Below, piece by piece: positions 29,688 through 39,823 of a stretch of 64,000 bases of DNA (position 1 is its first letter; each line of letters starts with the position of its first letter). The position numbers and the translations under genes are program-made. Location of the stretch: assembly GCA_965219455.1 (NCBI GenBank), contig OZ244744.1:4032001-4096000 (forward strand), written 5' to 3'. The DNA comes from Candidatus Latescibacterota bacterium. Its GTDB lineage: Bacteria; Latescibacterota; UBA2968; GCA-2709665. The notes under the pieces are model-generated. The model did no database searches. It saw only the letters and a list, made by a program, of their open reading frames with translations, and was not told the DNA's origin.

Positions 29688-30848
29688 CTACGGCCCTTCG
29701 TCCCGCGGATGCCGGAGGTTGCGGTTGGGGAACCGCCGGAAGGGACGTTCGGCGAGCGCGTCTTCGTTCAGGTCGATGCCCAGGCCGGGGGAGGTGGGAA
29801 GCGTGATGTAACCGTCATTGACGACGAACGGATCGACGGCGATTTCATTTCCCGCGGGTTCGAAATTCACGAAGTATTCGGTAATCAGAAAGTTGGGCAT
29901 GCCGGCTGCGGCCTGCATTGTGGCGGCCAGCCCCACCGTGGTGCTGTTGTAGTTGTGGGGCGAGACCGCGATGTGGCAGGGTTCGGCCATGGCCGCGATT
30001 TCACGGAGTTCCAGAATGCCGCCGCAGTTGCAGACGTCCGGGTTGATGATGTCGGCTGCGCGTTGCTCGAAGACGTCGCGGAATTCGGTCTTTGTGTAGA
30101 GTTCCTCGCCGGTGACAACCGGGATGCTGATGTTCCGTTTGGCTTCCGCCAGGCCGCAAAGGTCGCGGGAGGAAACGGGTTCCTCGTACCAGAATGGATC
30201 GAAGGGTTCCATGAGACGCGCGACCCGGATTCCGTGTGCGGGCGAGAGCCTGCGGTGCACTTCGACCAGGATATCCACGTCCGGGCCAACGGCCTGGCGT
30301 ACAGCCCGGACCCGGTCCACGGCGGTTTGCTCGTCCTTTTTGTCAATGATGCTGCGCCAGGGACCCGGAAAAGGGTCGAACTTGAGCGCCGTGAACCCAC
30401 GCGAAACCACCGAGGCGGCCCGTTCGGCAAGTTGCTCCGGACCCTTTCCGGGATCGTACCAGCTTCCCCAGCCATTGGCGTAGACCTTGATCCTGGTCCT
30501 GCAGGCGCCGCCGAGCAGGTTGTAGACGGGTTGGTTCAGAAATTTGCCCACTATATCCCACATGGCCTGTTCTATAGCGCTGATGGCGGCGTAGAGATCC
30601 ATCGCGCCTCTCTTGCTCGCGAAGTCCGTATACGCCACGTACGTGAAGTGCTTGATATCGAACGGAGACCGTCCGATCAGGTAGCGCCCCAGTTCTTCCA
30701 CGTGAACCTGGATGCTCCGATCCCTGTCGTGCTGGGTGTAGGCCTCGCCCCATCCGTGGATGCCTGCGTCGGTTTCCAGTTTGACAAAGAGCCAGTTCTT
30801 CGCGCTGCCCGGATGAACAAGAACGGCTTTTACGCCTTCGATCCGCAT
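29688..30848 (-). CDS. Mandelate racemase-subgroup acid-sugar dehydratase (galactonate dehydratase-like)
   Basis: NWLFVKLETDAG, KFDPF, VEVH, YEEP, TGEE, NPDV, SPHN. Confidence 0.85.
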   Translation of the reverse strand: MRIEGVKAVLVHPGSAKNWLFVKLETDAGIHGWGEAYTQHDRDRSIQVHVEELGRYLIGRSPFDIKHFTYVAYTDFASKRGAMDLYAAISAIEQAMWDIVGKFLNQPVYNLLGGACRTRIKVYANGWGSWYDPGKGPEQLAERAASVVSRGFTALKFDPFPGPWRSIIDKKDEQTAVDRVRAVRQAVGPDVDILVEVHRRLSPAHGIRVARLMEPFDPFWYEEPVSSRDLCGLAEAKRNISIPVVTGEELYTKTEFRDVFEQRAADIINPDVCNCGGILELREIAAMAEPCHIAVSPHNYNSTTVGLAATMQAAAGMPNFLITEYFVNFEPAGNEIAVDPFVVNDGYITLPTSPGLGIDLNEDALAERPFRRFPNRNLRHPRDEGP

Positions 30849-30897
30849 TCGGTGAATTCTCCTGACGCCGTACGAAATACCCAATCGCGTTACCCGC

Positions 30898-31665
30898 CTA
30901 AATCATCAGATCTCCGCCGTTGATGTCCAGCGACGCGCCGGTAATGTAGGCTGCCTGGTCGGAGGCGAGGAAGGCCACCAGGTCGGCCACTTCCTCGGGT
31001 CTGCCCAGGCGGGGGATGGGAAAGCTCCTGGCATAGGCGCGCGTACGATCTTCGTCGATGGTACCGCGAACCATCTCGGTATCGATCAGGCCGGGACACA
31101 CGGCATTTACGGTTATGTTGTAGGGCGCGACCTCCCTGGCAAGGTGGCGGGTGAATCCCAGTACGCCGGCCTTGGCGGCGGTGTAATGTGCGCCGCCCAC
31201 GGTACTGATGTTCTTGCCGGCAGTGGATGAGAAATTGACGATGCGGCCCCAGCCAGCTTCCCGCATATGGGGGAGGACAGCCTTCGAGCAGAGAAAGGCG
31301 CCTTTGAGATTGACGTCGATCACTCGATCCCATTCGTCTTCGTCGATGTCGATGACGCTGGTGGGAAAGAGGATGCCGGCGTTGTTGACCAGGATGTGGA
31401 CGGCGCCAAAGGTATCCGCCGTCCAGTCGACCATGGCCTGAACCCCGGGGGCATCGGTGACATCGGCCTGAAAGTGAAAAGCCCTGGTGAACGACGAACT
31501 CAGCTCTTCGGCTGTACCTTCAGCGTTGGACTCGTCAAGGTCGTTAACGACGAGGCGGGCACCGTGTCCCGCCAGGGTCCGGGCAACCGCCCGGCCGATG
31601 CCCTGCCCCGCACCGGTCACGATGGCGATGCGGTCCCGGAGGGGTTGCTGTTGGGCCATTTCCAT
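30898..31665 (-). CDS. Short-chain dehydrogenase/reductase (FabG-like)
   Basis: TGAGQGIG, NNAG, YTAAK, VNAVCPG. Confidence 0.92.
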   Translation of the reverse strand: MEMAQQQPLRDRIAIVTGAGQGIGRAVARTLAGHGARLVVNDLDESNAEGTAEELSSSFTRAFHFQADVTDAPGVQAMVDWTADTFGAVHILVNNAGILFPTSVIDIDEDEWDRVIDVNLKGAFLCSKAVLPHMREAGWGRIVNFSSTAGKNISTVGGAHYTAAKAGVLGFTRHLAREVAPYNITVNAVCPGLIDTEMVRGTIDEDRTRAYARSFPIPRLGRPEEVADLVAFLASDQAAYITGASLDINGGDLMI

Positions 31666-31749
31666 TTGCGCGTCCTCTTAATAATTAATCGCGGGCGGCC
31701 GCGTGAGCGCCCGCACCGGCTTCCGTTGTCGGATCGAGCGTGAAGGTCA

Positions 31750-32940
31750 TTATTGTACGACGCCGAGGCCTTTGCCGACTTCTACAAAGGTGTCGATGGC
31801 GCGGTCCAGCTGATTTCGGGTGTGGGCCGCGGAAATCTGAACGCGGATGCGGGCCTCGCCCCTGGGGACCACCGGATAGCTGAATCCGACGACGAAGATG
31901 CCGCGCTGATTCATGGCTTGGGCCATTCGCACGGTCTGCTGTTCGTCGCCGAGCATAATGGGCACAATAGGGTGGATGCCCTCGGGGATGAGGAAGCCGC
32001 GTTCGCTCATTGACTTCCTGAAGTACCCGGTGTTCTGCATCAGGGACCGTCGATATTCCGGCCGCGTCTGTACGAGATCCAGCGCTTTTAATCCGCCCGC
32101 TGCAATGGGCGGCGCCAGGGTGTTGGAGAAAAGGTAGGGGCGGGACCGCTGCCGCAGGTACTCGATGATCTCCCTCCGGCCCGTTGTGAATCCGCCGGAG
32201 GCGCCTCCCAGGGCCTTGCCGAGCGTACTGGTGAGGATATCGACCCGGTCTTCAACGCCGCACAATTCGGGGGTGCCGCGGCCGTTGGCGCCCAGAAAGC
32301 CGGTCGCGTGGGAGTCGTCCACCATTACGAGCGCGTCGTAGGCGTCCGCAAGGCTACAGATCTCGTTCAGGGGCGCCACGGCGCCGTGCATGGAAAACAC
32401 ACCGTCCGTGGCTATCATGCGGAAGCGGGCGTCCACGGCGTCCTTGAGCAGGGTTTCGAGATGCGACATGTCAGCATGAGGATAAATGCTGCGCCGTGCC
32501 TTGCAGAGCCGGATACCGTCAATTATGCTGGCGTGGTTGAGCGCATCGCTGATCACGGCATCTTCAGGGCCGAGCAGTGTCTCAAACAGCCCGGTGTTGG
32601 CGTCGAAACAGGACGTGTAGAGTATGGTGTCGTCGGTGTCGAGAAACCGGGAGATACGGCGTTCCAGGGCTTTGTGCAGATCCTGGGTTCCGCAGATAAA
32701 GCGTACGGACGCCAGGCCGTATCCGTATGCGCCCAAACCTTCCGCGGCGGCTTCCACGATCTCCGGATGGTTGGCCAGCCCCAGATAGTTATTGGCGCAG
32801 AAGTTGATCGCTTCTCCCTCCGCGGTTTCGATCCGCGTGTGCTGGGGTGTGGCGATCGCTTTTTCCGTCTTGTAGAATCCGTTCTCCCGGATGGATTGGA
32901 TTTCTTTCTGCAACCATGTCTTCATGCCTGTATAGGCCAT
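31750..32940 (-). CDS. kbl: Glycine C-acetyltransferase (2-amino-3-ketobutyrate CoA ligase)
   Basis: [53 protein letters not shown]. Confidence 0.95.
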   Translation of the reverse strand: MAYTGMKTWLQKEIQSIRENGFYKTEKAIATPQHTRIETAEGEAINFCANNYLGLANHPEIVEAAAEGLGAYGYGLASVRFICGTQDLHKALERRISRFLDTDDTILYTSCFDANTGLFETLLGPEDAVISDALNHASIIDGIRLCKARRSIYPHADMSHLETLLKDAVDARFRMIATDGVFSMHGAVAPLNEICSLADAYDALVMVDDSHATGFLGANGRGTPELCGVEDRVDILTSTLGKALGGASGGFTTGRREIIEYLRQRSRPYLFSNTLAPPIAAGGLKALDLVQTRPEYRRSLMQNTGYFRKSMSERGFLIPEGIHPIVPIMLGDEQQTVRMAQAMNQRGIFVVGFSYPVVPRGEARIRVQISAAHTRNQLDRAIDTFVEVGKGLGVVQ

Positions 32941-33065
32941 GTCGGGCGCCCCTGTTGTTCATTGCGCGTTGTCCTGTCTTCCGGCCTCCAAAATAGAAGA
33001 TCCATGTTCGGAAATCAAGCCGGATATACCGGGCGTTGTCCCATATCCGGGAAGTTCATTTCACC

Positions 33066-33094
33066 TTGACATCGATTTGGGCGATTACCATATT
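33066..33094 (+). promoter_or_regulatory. Putative sigma70 promoter upstream of the 33381 operon
   Basis: TTGACA-17 nt-CATATT. Confidence 0.45.
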
Positions 33095-33173
33095 TACCTC
33101 GCGGATTGGGCGATGGATCCGGTTAAATTCGACCCGATCTACGTTCCCGTGGCGGTGCAACGCGCCCTGTCGC

Positions 33174-33323
33174 TTGTGTTCTGTCCCGGAAATAGATTAT
33201 CGAAATCCGGCCGCCGAGCGATGGCAACGTAGCGAGGCGGGATGGATCGACCTGCCTGTGCGTGCTGTCTCACGCACGCAGACAGGCGGATGAATGGTAA
33301 CATATTTCCGGGACGGGACACTA
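33174..33323. mobile_element. MITE-like element, copy 1 (internally deleted, with nested palindrome)
   Basis: Terminal inverted repeats TTGTGTTCTGTCCCGGAAATA / TATTTCCGGGACGGGACACTA; homologous to 43212-43378. Confidence 0.75.
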
Positions 33324-33380
33324 TTTGCCCCTGTAAAGGCGAACCTCGTGTTCCCCTGTTATGTCGAAAGGTGGTTTCCA

Positions 33381-34565
33381 GTGTCCGAAATCAGGAAGAT
33401 CGCGGCGATCGTGACAACCTACTATGCACGTTCCCACGCGGACGTCATCATGACGAAGTTTCTGAAGGGATTTCCGTCCGATGACGGGTTGATACCGCCT
33501 CAGGTGGAAATCGCGTCCATGTATATGGACCAGGTTCACGAGAATGACGTGGGCGTCGAACTGGCAAAGGAACACGGGGTGCCCGTCTACAACAGTATTC
33601 CGAAGGCATTGACGCTCGGCGGAGGGCAACTGGCGGTAGACGGCGTGTTGATTATCGGAGAGCACGGCGACTACGCAAGGAACGAAAAACAGCAGCATAT
33701 GTATCCGCGCCGGTTCTTCTTCGAGCAGGTGTGCGGGGTGTTTGCCGCGTCCGGCCGGTCCGTGCCCGTGTTCAGCGACAAACACCTGGCATATGACTGG
33801 ACGAATTCAAAGTGGATGTACGACCGGGCGCAGATGCTGAAGGTACCGTTTTTGGCCGGATCTTCGGTGCCGCTGGCATGGCGAAGTCCTTTTCTGGAGT
33901 ACGAGCTGGACGCGCCGCTGGAAGAAGCGTTGTCAATCGGGTATTCGGGCCTGGACTCCTATGGGTTCCACGCACTTGAACTCTTACAATGTATGGTGGA
34001 ACGCCGGCGAGGCGGCGAGACGGGGATCGTCGCGGTGCAGTGCCTGGAAGGGGATGCCGTGTGGCGCGCCGGCGACGAGGGCCGGTGGTCCCGCGCGCTC
34101 GCAGACGCTGCCCGTGAACATATCGAGGCGAGCGCCCAGGGCGAGATGGAGGCTCACTGCCCCGACCCGGCGGTCTTTCTGCTGGAATATGCGGACGGAC
34201 TGAGGGCGGCGACCCTGATGTTGAACGGGTACACGGAAGGGTTCGGATATGGCGGCCGCGTTTCTGGCCGTGTCCGGGGGATGGAGGTGTTCCTGCCTGG
34301 CGATCCGCACGCTCATTTCAGCTATCTCAGCCGGAACATCCATGAGCTATACCTTACAGGTAAGCCGCCGTACCCCGTGGAACGTACGTTGCTGGTGAGC
34401 GGGGCGCTGGATGCGCTGATGGATTCGCGTTTCCGGGGGCATTTGAGGGTGGAGACGCCCCATCTCGATGTCCGGTACCGGTCGTACGAACGACCGCCGA
34501 TCCGACCCCGCGCGCCCAGGCCGTCCGGTGCGAGCCTGGTTCCGATTGTGCCGGGGCGAAGTTGA
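33381..34565 (+). CDS. Conserved hypothetical protein, divergent Gfo/Idh/MocA-like fold
   Basis: LAVDGVLIIGEHGDY, VFSDKHL, AGSSVP, YGFHALE; GTG start after an AAGGTGG RBS. Confidence 0.7.
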   Translation: MSEIRKIAAIVTTYYARSHADVIMTKFLKGFPSDDGLIPPQVEIASMYMDQVHENDVGVELAKEHGVPVYNSIPKALTLGGGQLAVDGVLIIGEHGDYARNEKQQHMYPRRFFFEQVCGVFAASGRSVPVFSDKHLAYDWTNSKWMYDRAQMLKVPFLAGSSVPLAWRSPFLEYELDAPLEEALSIGYSGLDSYGFHALELLQCMVERRRGGETGIVAVQCLEGDAVWRAGDEGRWSRALADAAREHIEASAQGEMEAHCPDPAVFLLEYADGLRAATLMLNGYTEGFGYGGRVSGRVRGMEVFLPGDPHAHFSYLSRNIHELYLTGKPPYPVERTLLVSGALDALMDSRFRGHLRVETPHLDVRYRSYERPPIRPRAPRPSGASLVPIVPGRS

Positions 34566-34676
34566 GGGCGGCTCGGTTCATTGGGCTTCGGGGAGTCGTG
34601 CCGCGTATCGGTACTTGAGATACCCCATTCCCCATTGAAGATGTGCACGAGAATCGTGTCAGAGGAGGTCTGGCGA

Positions 34677-35678
34677 GTGGCATTGAACGCGGCAGTGATC
34701 GGACTGGGTGTGGGTACCGGGCATATCGGAGCATACCGGGAAGCCGGTGCGGCGGTCACGGCAATCTGCGACGTAAACGAGGAACTACTGGAAAAGGTAG
34801 GGGAGGCGCATGGGGTGCGGCGCCGGTATACGGATTTTCGCGAAATGGCCGAGCGGGACGACATCGACGTGGTGTCGATCTGCACGCCCGACCATCTGCA
34901 CGCCGACCCGGCCGTTGAGATGATGGACTCCGGGAAGCACGTGCTCGTGGAGAAGCCGCTGGCCACGTCCTTCGAGGATATCGAAAGAATCGTGCAGACG
35001 TCCCGCCGTACGGGACGCAAGGTGTCGCACGGATGTCAGATCCGGTTCGACGAGACATTTCAGGAGCTGAAACGCCAGGTCGAGGCACAGGCGTTCGGCC
35101 GGCTGTTTTACGCCGAAGCGGATTATATTTCGAATCACCTGAATCTGTTCCGGGAGGGATGGCGCGGCAGGCTGGGTCCCCGCTATAACGCGGCGGCCGG
35201 CGGCAGCATTCACCCCGTGGATGTGATTCAGTGGATTATCGACTCGCCGGCGGCGGAAGTCGCGGCTTACGGAAACGGCATATCCGCCGGATCGCACGGC
35301 CTGGATGTGACCGATTGCGTGGTGGGTATCATCCGCTTCGAGAACGGATGCGTGGCGAAGACGTTTACAACGATGGGTTCGGCCCGGCCCGGTTTTCGCA
35401 ATGTGCAGATATACGGCACGCGGAAGACATTTCTGACCGCCCAGGCGCCTCCCGCCCGCCTGGTCTCGGATCTGCAAGGCCGAAAGTGGGCGCCCATGGC
35501 GGTGGCGGACGATGCCCGCGACAGCCGGCGGAAGTTGATAGAAGACTTGCTTCAGGCTATAGAAAACGACACGGAGCCACAGGTGAACCTGGAGCAGTCC
35601 GTCCGTACGGCGGGAATCTGCGTGGCGCTTTTTGAATCGGTGCGCTCGGGTAAGCCCGTGGCGGTGCCCAGGTTGTGA
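34677..35678 (+). CDS. Gfo/Idh/MocA oxidoreductase
   Basis: VIGLGVG, ICTPDHLH, HVLVEKP, SIHPVD. Confidence 0.9.
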   Translation: MALNAAVIGLGVGTGHIGAYREAGAAVTAICDVNEELLEKVGEAHGVRRRYTDFREMAERDDIDVVSICTPDHLHADPAVEMMDSGKHVLVEKPLATSFEDIERIVQTSRRTGRKVSHGCQIRFDETFQELKRQVEAQAFGRLFYAEADYISNHLNLFREGWRGRLGPRYNAAAGGSIHPVDVIQWIIDSPAAEVAAYGNGISAGSHGLDVTDCVVGIIRFENGCVAKTFTTMGSARPGFRNVQIYGTRKTFLTAQAPPARLVSDLQGRKWAPMAVADDARDSRRKLIEDLLQAIENDTEPQVNLEQSVRTAGICVALFESVRSGKPVAVPRL

Positions 35679-35726
35679 TTTCGCAGGCGGATATCCGGTC
35701 CGACAGATCAAGCACGGAGTGTCGAG

Positions 35727-36071
35727 GTGGGTCTGGAGACGGTGGAAAACCCTAAGCCGGGTAGGCCGTACACGATCGAGTTTGCCTTTCCGGAATTCAC
35801 GGCCGTCTATCCGGTGACGAATGAACCGGTTTTTGCGACGGTCACGATTCGGTACGTGCCGGGCGCCAGGTGTATCGAAACCGTGTCGTTAAAGCAGTAT
35901 CTGGGTTCGTACCGGAACCAGGCGTTGTCTTACGAGGCAGCCGTCAACCGGATACTCGATGATCTGGTCGCGGCGTGTCACCCGGCGAATATGGTGGTGG
36001 TTGGCGAGTTCACGGTTCGAGGAGGAATTGCGGTAACGGTAACCGTGGATACGGGAGAGGCCGGGGTATAG
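35727..36071 (+). CDS. QueF-like T-fold protein lacking the catalytic Cys and Asp
   Basis: PEFTAVYPVTNEPVFAT versus canonical PEFTSLCPxTGQPDFAT; ETVSLKQY; SYE; NRILDDLV; FTVRGGI. Confidence 0.8.
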   Translation: MGLETVENPKPGRPYTIEFAFPEFTAVYPVTNEPVFATVTIRYVPGARCIETVSLKQYLGSYRNQALSYEAAVNRILDDLVAACHPANMVVVGEFTVRGGIAVTVTVDTGEAGV

Positions 36072-36081
36072 ACGCTTTCTG

Positions 36082-36462
36082 ATGAGGGGCGCCAGATTGC
36101 AGGGCCAGGCGAGCGAAATTCTGGAGGTCTTCGAGAATCCGCGTCCGTGTCGGCGGTACACGATCGAATTTACGTGTCGGGAGTTTACGTCGCTGTGCCC
36201 CCTTACAGGGCAGCCTGACTTCGCCACGATCATCGTCCGGTACGTTCCGGGCGATCGGTGCGTGGAACTCAAGTCGCTCAAGCACTATTTCAGATCGTTT
36301 CGCGACCGTGGCGTTTTCTTTGAAGACGTGACAAACCGGATTCTGGACGATCTGGTTCTTGTATGTGCGCCCGTGGAAATGGTGGTGGTTGGCCGGTTCA
36401 ACGTCAGGGGCGGGATCGGACACGAAATCACCGCGGAATACGACCAGGATCGAAACGCTTAG
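36082..36462 (+). CDS. queF: Unimodular preQ0 reductase (preQ1 synthase)
   Basis: EFTSLCPLTGQPDFAT, ELKSLKHY, FFE, FNVRGGI. Confidence 0.85.
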   Translation: MRGARLQGQASEILEVFENPRPCRRYTIEFTCREFTSLCPLTGQPDFATIIVRYVPGDRCVELKSLKHYFRSFRDRGVFFEDVTNRILDDLVLVCAPVEMVVVGRFNVRGGIGHEITAEYDQDRNA

Positions 36463-36505
36463 GACGCCTGCGCGGTGAGGTTCCTGTCCAATCGTCGCAA
36501 CCATT

Positions 36506-37333
36506 CTACCGAGCAATGAACGACTTGAGATAGTCTGCGGATCGGGTGGCGGCTTCGTCCGGCGTCAGGCGGCCGCCGAATGCCTGGTGAACGGTGACGT
36601 AGCCACTGTAGGAGATGGCGTGCAGCCCGTCGAAAGTCCTGCCGAAGTCGATACCTTCGGCAGCATCCAGGGGATGCAGGATGGACATCACGGTGCCGTT
36701 TGCCCAGGTGGTCATCGGCCGGTCGCCATCGGGGTGGGGTGCGTGGTTCTGCAGGTAGACATTGAACAGGTACGGCCGAAATCTGCGCAGCGTGTCCGGG
36801 CCGTAATCTTCGCCGCAGAGGGCGAGGTTGGCGGGTTCGTAGATCAGTCCGAAGTTGGATCTGCCAATTCTCCCGAGGACATCCAGGGAGCCTTGAACGG
36901 TTTCGAACAGGCTGAGCGTATGGCTCTGGTGGGCAAGGCGGATATTCCGATCGGCGGCTTCGTCAGCGGATCTTCGCGCGAACGGGATATCGGCTTCGGT
37001 TTTGATGCAGACGCGAATGAGATCGCATCCCAGAGCCTGCGCCAGATCGAGGTGCGGGGTGATGTTCCGGAGGCAACCCGGGCCCTGGTCGCCGTTTTCG
37101 GGAACGGCAAAGTCGCCGGTGACCATTGAGACCGCAAGGCGTTCCCGGCTCAGCAGTGTGCGGGCGGATTCCACGGTTTCCGGAGTGCTCCGGACCCCGA
37201 CAACCGAGGCGCGCATGCATAGTGCGCCGTATCCGGCCTTTCTTGCGATGCCCGCTAGGGTGGGCAAAGGTATGTCCACCACCCGTTTGTTGCTGAAGCT
37301 TTCGGCAACACGCACGGAAAGCGAGAGTTCCAT
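36506..37333 (-). CDS. Sugar phosphate isomerase/epimerase (xylose-isomerase-like TIM barrel)
   Basis: LAQALGCDLIRV, NFGLIYEPANL, NVYLQN, IDFG, YSGYVTV; several metal ligands look substituted. Confidence 0.72.
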   Translation of the reverse strand: MELSLSVRVAESFSNKRVVDIPLPTLAGIARKAGYGALCMRASVVGVRSTPETVESARTLLSRERLAVSMVTGDFAVPENGDQGPGCLRNITPHLDLAQALGCDLIRVCIKTEADIPFARRSADEAADRNIRLAHQSHTLSLFETVQGSLDVLGRIGRSNFGLIYEPANLALCGEDYGPDTLRRFRPYLFNVYLQNHAPHPDGDRPMTTWANGTVMSILHPLDAAEGIDFGRTFDGLHAISYSGYVTVHQAFGGRLTPDEAATRSADYLKSFIAR

Positions 37334-37468
37334 GGGTTTTCCTCTTCTGACGGATGTGCGTGTAATTTATCCGTTGAACCGGTGCATGTCAACCCGTGAA
37401 TGGATCGCACGCGGGTAATCGAGCGTATGACGCGGCGATGAGTCGCGTACCCGCTGCTATATGGAGGA

Positions 37469-38779
37469 ATGCTGAAAATGTTGATGGCCGGCGCGGCGAA
37501 AACATGCGTGACCCCTCCCACGTGGGTGCCGTATCTGACGTCTTCCGGGGGCGGCACGTGCGAACCGTTCGAGGGCGTCCACGACGAACTGTACGCCAGG
37601 GCCCTGGTACTCGACGACGGTCGCAAGTCGATTGCAGTTTTGGCGGTGGACTCGGTAGGATACGATAACGCGATTCTGGGACCGGGACGAAATTTCACGA
37701 AGGAGTTGCGTTCGCGGATTTCCGAACGGACGGGCTTATCCGAAGAAGGCGTGATGCTTTCGGCCACCCACTCCCACTCCACGCCCGAAATGCTGGGATT
37801 GACACCGTTCCGGGAAACGGAAGGGATTCAGGGCTGGCTGGAGGCGCACCTGGAGTCACTGGCGGCCACGGTCACCGAGGCGTGGGAAAGACGTGCCGCG
37901 GTCCGGGCTTACGCCGGGGTGACGCAGGTGCCGGGTGTGGCCCGCCATCGGCGAATTCTCTTGAAAGACGGCACATTGAACCGGGGCGGAGCGCTGCCTT
38001 CACGAGAGCAGGCCGACGCACCGTGGGCCGTGGATGAGGCGCTTTCCGTGCTGTACCTGGAAGCCAAGACCGGAGAGCCCACTGCGGTTATGGTGAACTA
38101 TGCCGCACATCCGGTCGTGGCCATGTTGCTGCCGCCGGTGTCGGCGGATTATCCCGGTGCCCTGTCGGCCTGCGTGGAACAAGGCCTGGATGGCGCGACA
38201 TGTCTTTTCGTCAACGGCGCGTGTGGTAATGTGAACTCGATATGCGTGACGACCCATTTCGAGGACGTGTCCTGGATCGGGCGAGCGCTGGGTCGGGCGG
38301 CGCTGGATGAGATTGCCCGGCTGAAAAAGGGCGCTCCGCTCCGATCGGCCGAAGTGGCATACGTTACGGACCACCTGGAACTGGATGCGAGGCCCTGTCC
38401 GCCGCTGAACGAGGCGGAGAAAACGGCGGCGCAGAATCCTTCCTCCGGCAACCGGCTGGCATTTCGGCTCGCGCGCAAACTCGCGGAAGGGCCGCTCGAG
38501 GTCGAGGTACAGGCCATGGCTCTGGGCCGGCTGCGTTGGGTGGCGCTTCCGGGGGAAGTATTCGTCGAGACCGGGCTTGCAATCAAACAGGCGGGCGCCT
38601 GGTTCGTAACGGGTAATGCGAATGGATGGATCGGATATTTCCCCATCCACAGAGCTTACGCGGAGGGTGGATACGAGGTCGTGGCCGGACCCTGGTCACG
38701 GGTTGCGCCGGGGAGTGCGGAACGGCTCGAGGCGGTGTGTGCTCGCTTGATGGAACGGTTCGCGTCGCAATGCGTCTAA
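37469..38779 (+). CDS. Neutral ceramidase-like amidohydrolase
   Basis: VHDELYARALVLDDG, SATHSHS, NYAAHP, SADYPG, NGACGNV, LPGEVF, GGYE. Confidence 0.8.
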   Translation: MLKMLMAGAAKTCVTPPTWVPYLTSSGGGTCEPFEGVHDELYARALVLDDGRKSIAVLAVDSVGYDNAILGPGRNFTKELRSRISERTGLSEEGVMLSATHSHSTPEMLGLTPFRETEGIQGWLEAHLESLAATVTEAWERRAAVRAYAGVTQVPGVARHRRILLKDGTLNRGGALPSREQADAPWAVDEALSVLYLEAKTGEPTAVMVNYAAHPVVAMLLPPVSADYPGALSACVEQGLDGATCLFVNGACGNVNSICVTTHFEDVSWIGRALGRAALDEIARLKKGAPLRSAEVAYVTDHLELDARPCPPLNEAEKTAAQNPSSGNRLAFRLARKLAEGPLEVEVQAMALGRLRWVALPGEVFVETGLAIKQAGAWFVTGNANGWIGYFPIHRAYAEGGYEVVAGPWSRVAPGSAERLEAVCARLMERFASQCV

Positions 38780-38867
38780 GAAGGGCGTAAATTAATCTTG
38801 CCGTCGAACCTGACTTTCGTATATTTTTCGGACCGTGTTTTGGGCGAAGAGAAATCGGAGGAATCCG

Positions 38868-39539
38868 ATGGTTGAAGTCAAAATCGACACTGAACGCACG
38901 CTGAACGCGCTACGACCAGTCCAGGTTTCCCAACCGCGTATGATCTGGCTTCGCGGCTGCGAGAACGACGTGTTGCTGCCGATTGTGATCGGGCTTATGG
39001 AGGCCAGCGCCATCTACGCCGAACTGGCGAACGAACGCCCGCCGCGCCCGCTTACACACGATCTGGTCCGGTCCATACTGGGGCAACTCGAGACCACAAT
39101 CGAAGGGGTTTACATTGTGGCGTTGAAAGAAGGCATCTTTTACGCGGAACTGGCGCTCGCGCGCGGCGAGAAGCGCTGGCGGGTCGACGCCCGTCCCAGC
39201 GATTGCGTTGCCCTGGCGTTGCGTTACGAAGCACCCATCTACGTATCGGAGGCCGTTCTCACCGAAGCCAGACACGAAGACGGGCCCGGAGTCGACGCCG
39301 AGGAACCGGAGGCTATCGAAGCCTGGGCGCCGCCCAAACTTGCGGGGGACAAGGAAGAAGCCCTGATGACGGTGGCAGAAGTTCCCAAGAGCGGGACAGC
39401 CGATTCGGGAGACCCTCTCGAGGTACGGATCAACGATCTCCGACGAAAAATGGAACAGGCCAGCCGGCAGGAGCGTTACGAAGAGGCCGGGCGGCTGCGA
39501 GACGAAATAGACCGGTTGAAAAACAGCCGGGAAGAATGA
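38868..39539 (+). CDS. Bifunctional nuclease (DUF151/BFN) with C-terminal UVR domain
   Basis: LPIVIG..EA, RPLTHDL, DARPSD..ALALR, QERYEEAGRLRDEI. Confidence 0.88.
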   Translation: MVEVKIDTERTLNALRPVQVSQPRMIWLRGCENDVLLPIVIGLMEASAIYAELANERPPRPLTHDLVRSILGQLETTIEGVYIVALKEGIFYAELALARGEKRWRVDARPSDCVALALRYEAPIYVSEAVLTEARHEDGPGVDAEEPEAIEAWAPPKLAGDKEEALMTVAEVPKSGTADSGDPLEVRINDLRRKMEQASRQERYEEAGRLRDEIDRLKNSREE

Positions 39540-39548
39540 GATATCCCG

Positions 39549-39595
39549 ACACAAAACAAGCGGATGAGAGTCGTTCTCATCCGCTTGTTTTGTGT
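39549..39595. terminator. Long perfect stem-loop after the BFN gene
   Basis: ACACAAAACAAGCGGATGAGA-GTCGT-TCTCATCCGCTTGTTTTGTGT, 21-bp perfect stem. Confidence 0.65.
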
Positions 39596-39823
39596 ACGAC
39601 ATCCATTACGCGAATTTTATCTGGCGCGGGCCGGGTTCGGTCGTGTTGCCGCCCACCCGGATCGGGCCAAGGCAAGAGTCCGGCGTTTTTCATGTTGACA
39701 TGGGGTTCATCCTGTACATCTATGGAATACTATTGTGCTTGCGGCCGATGAACGGGGTGCATTGGCTGCGGTGTCCATAACGCGGTTTCCATCTAACTCC
39801 CCAATTTCAGAAGGAGACACACG

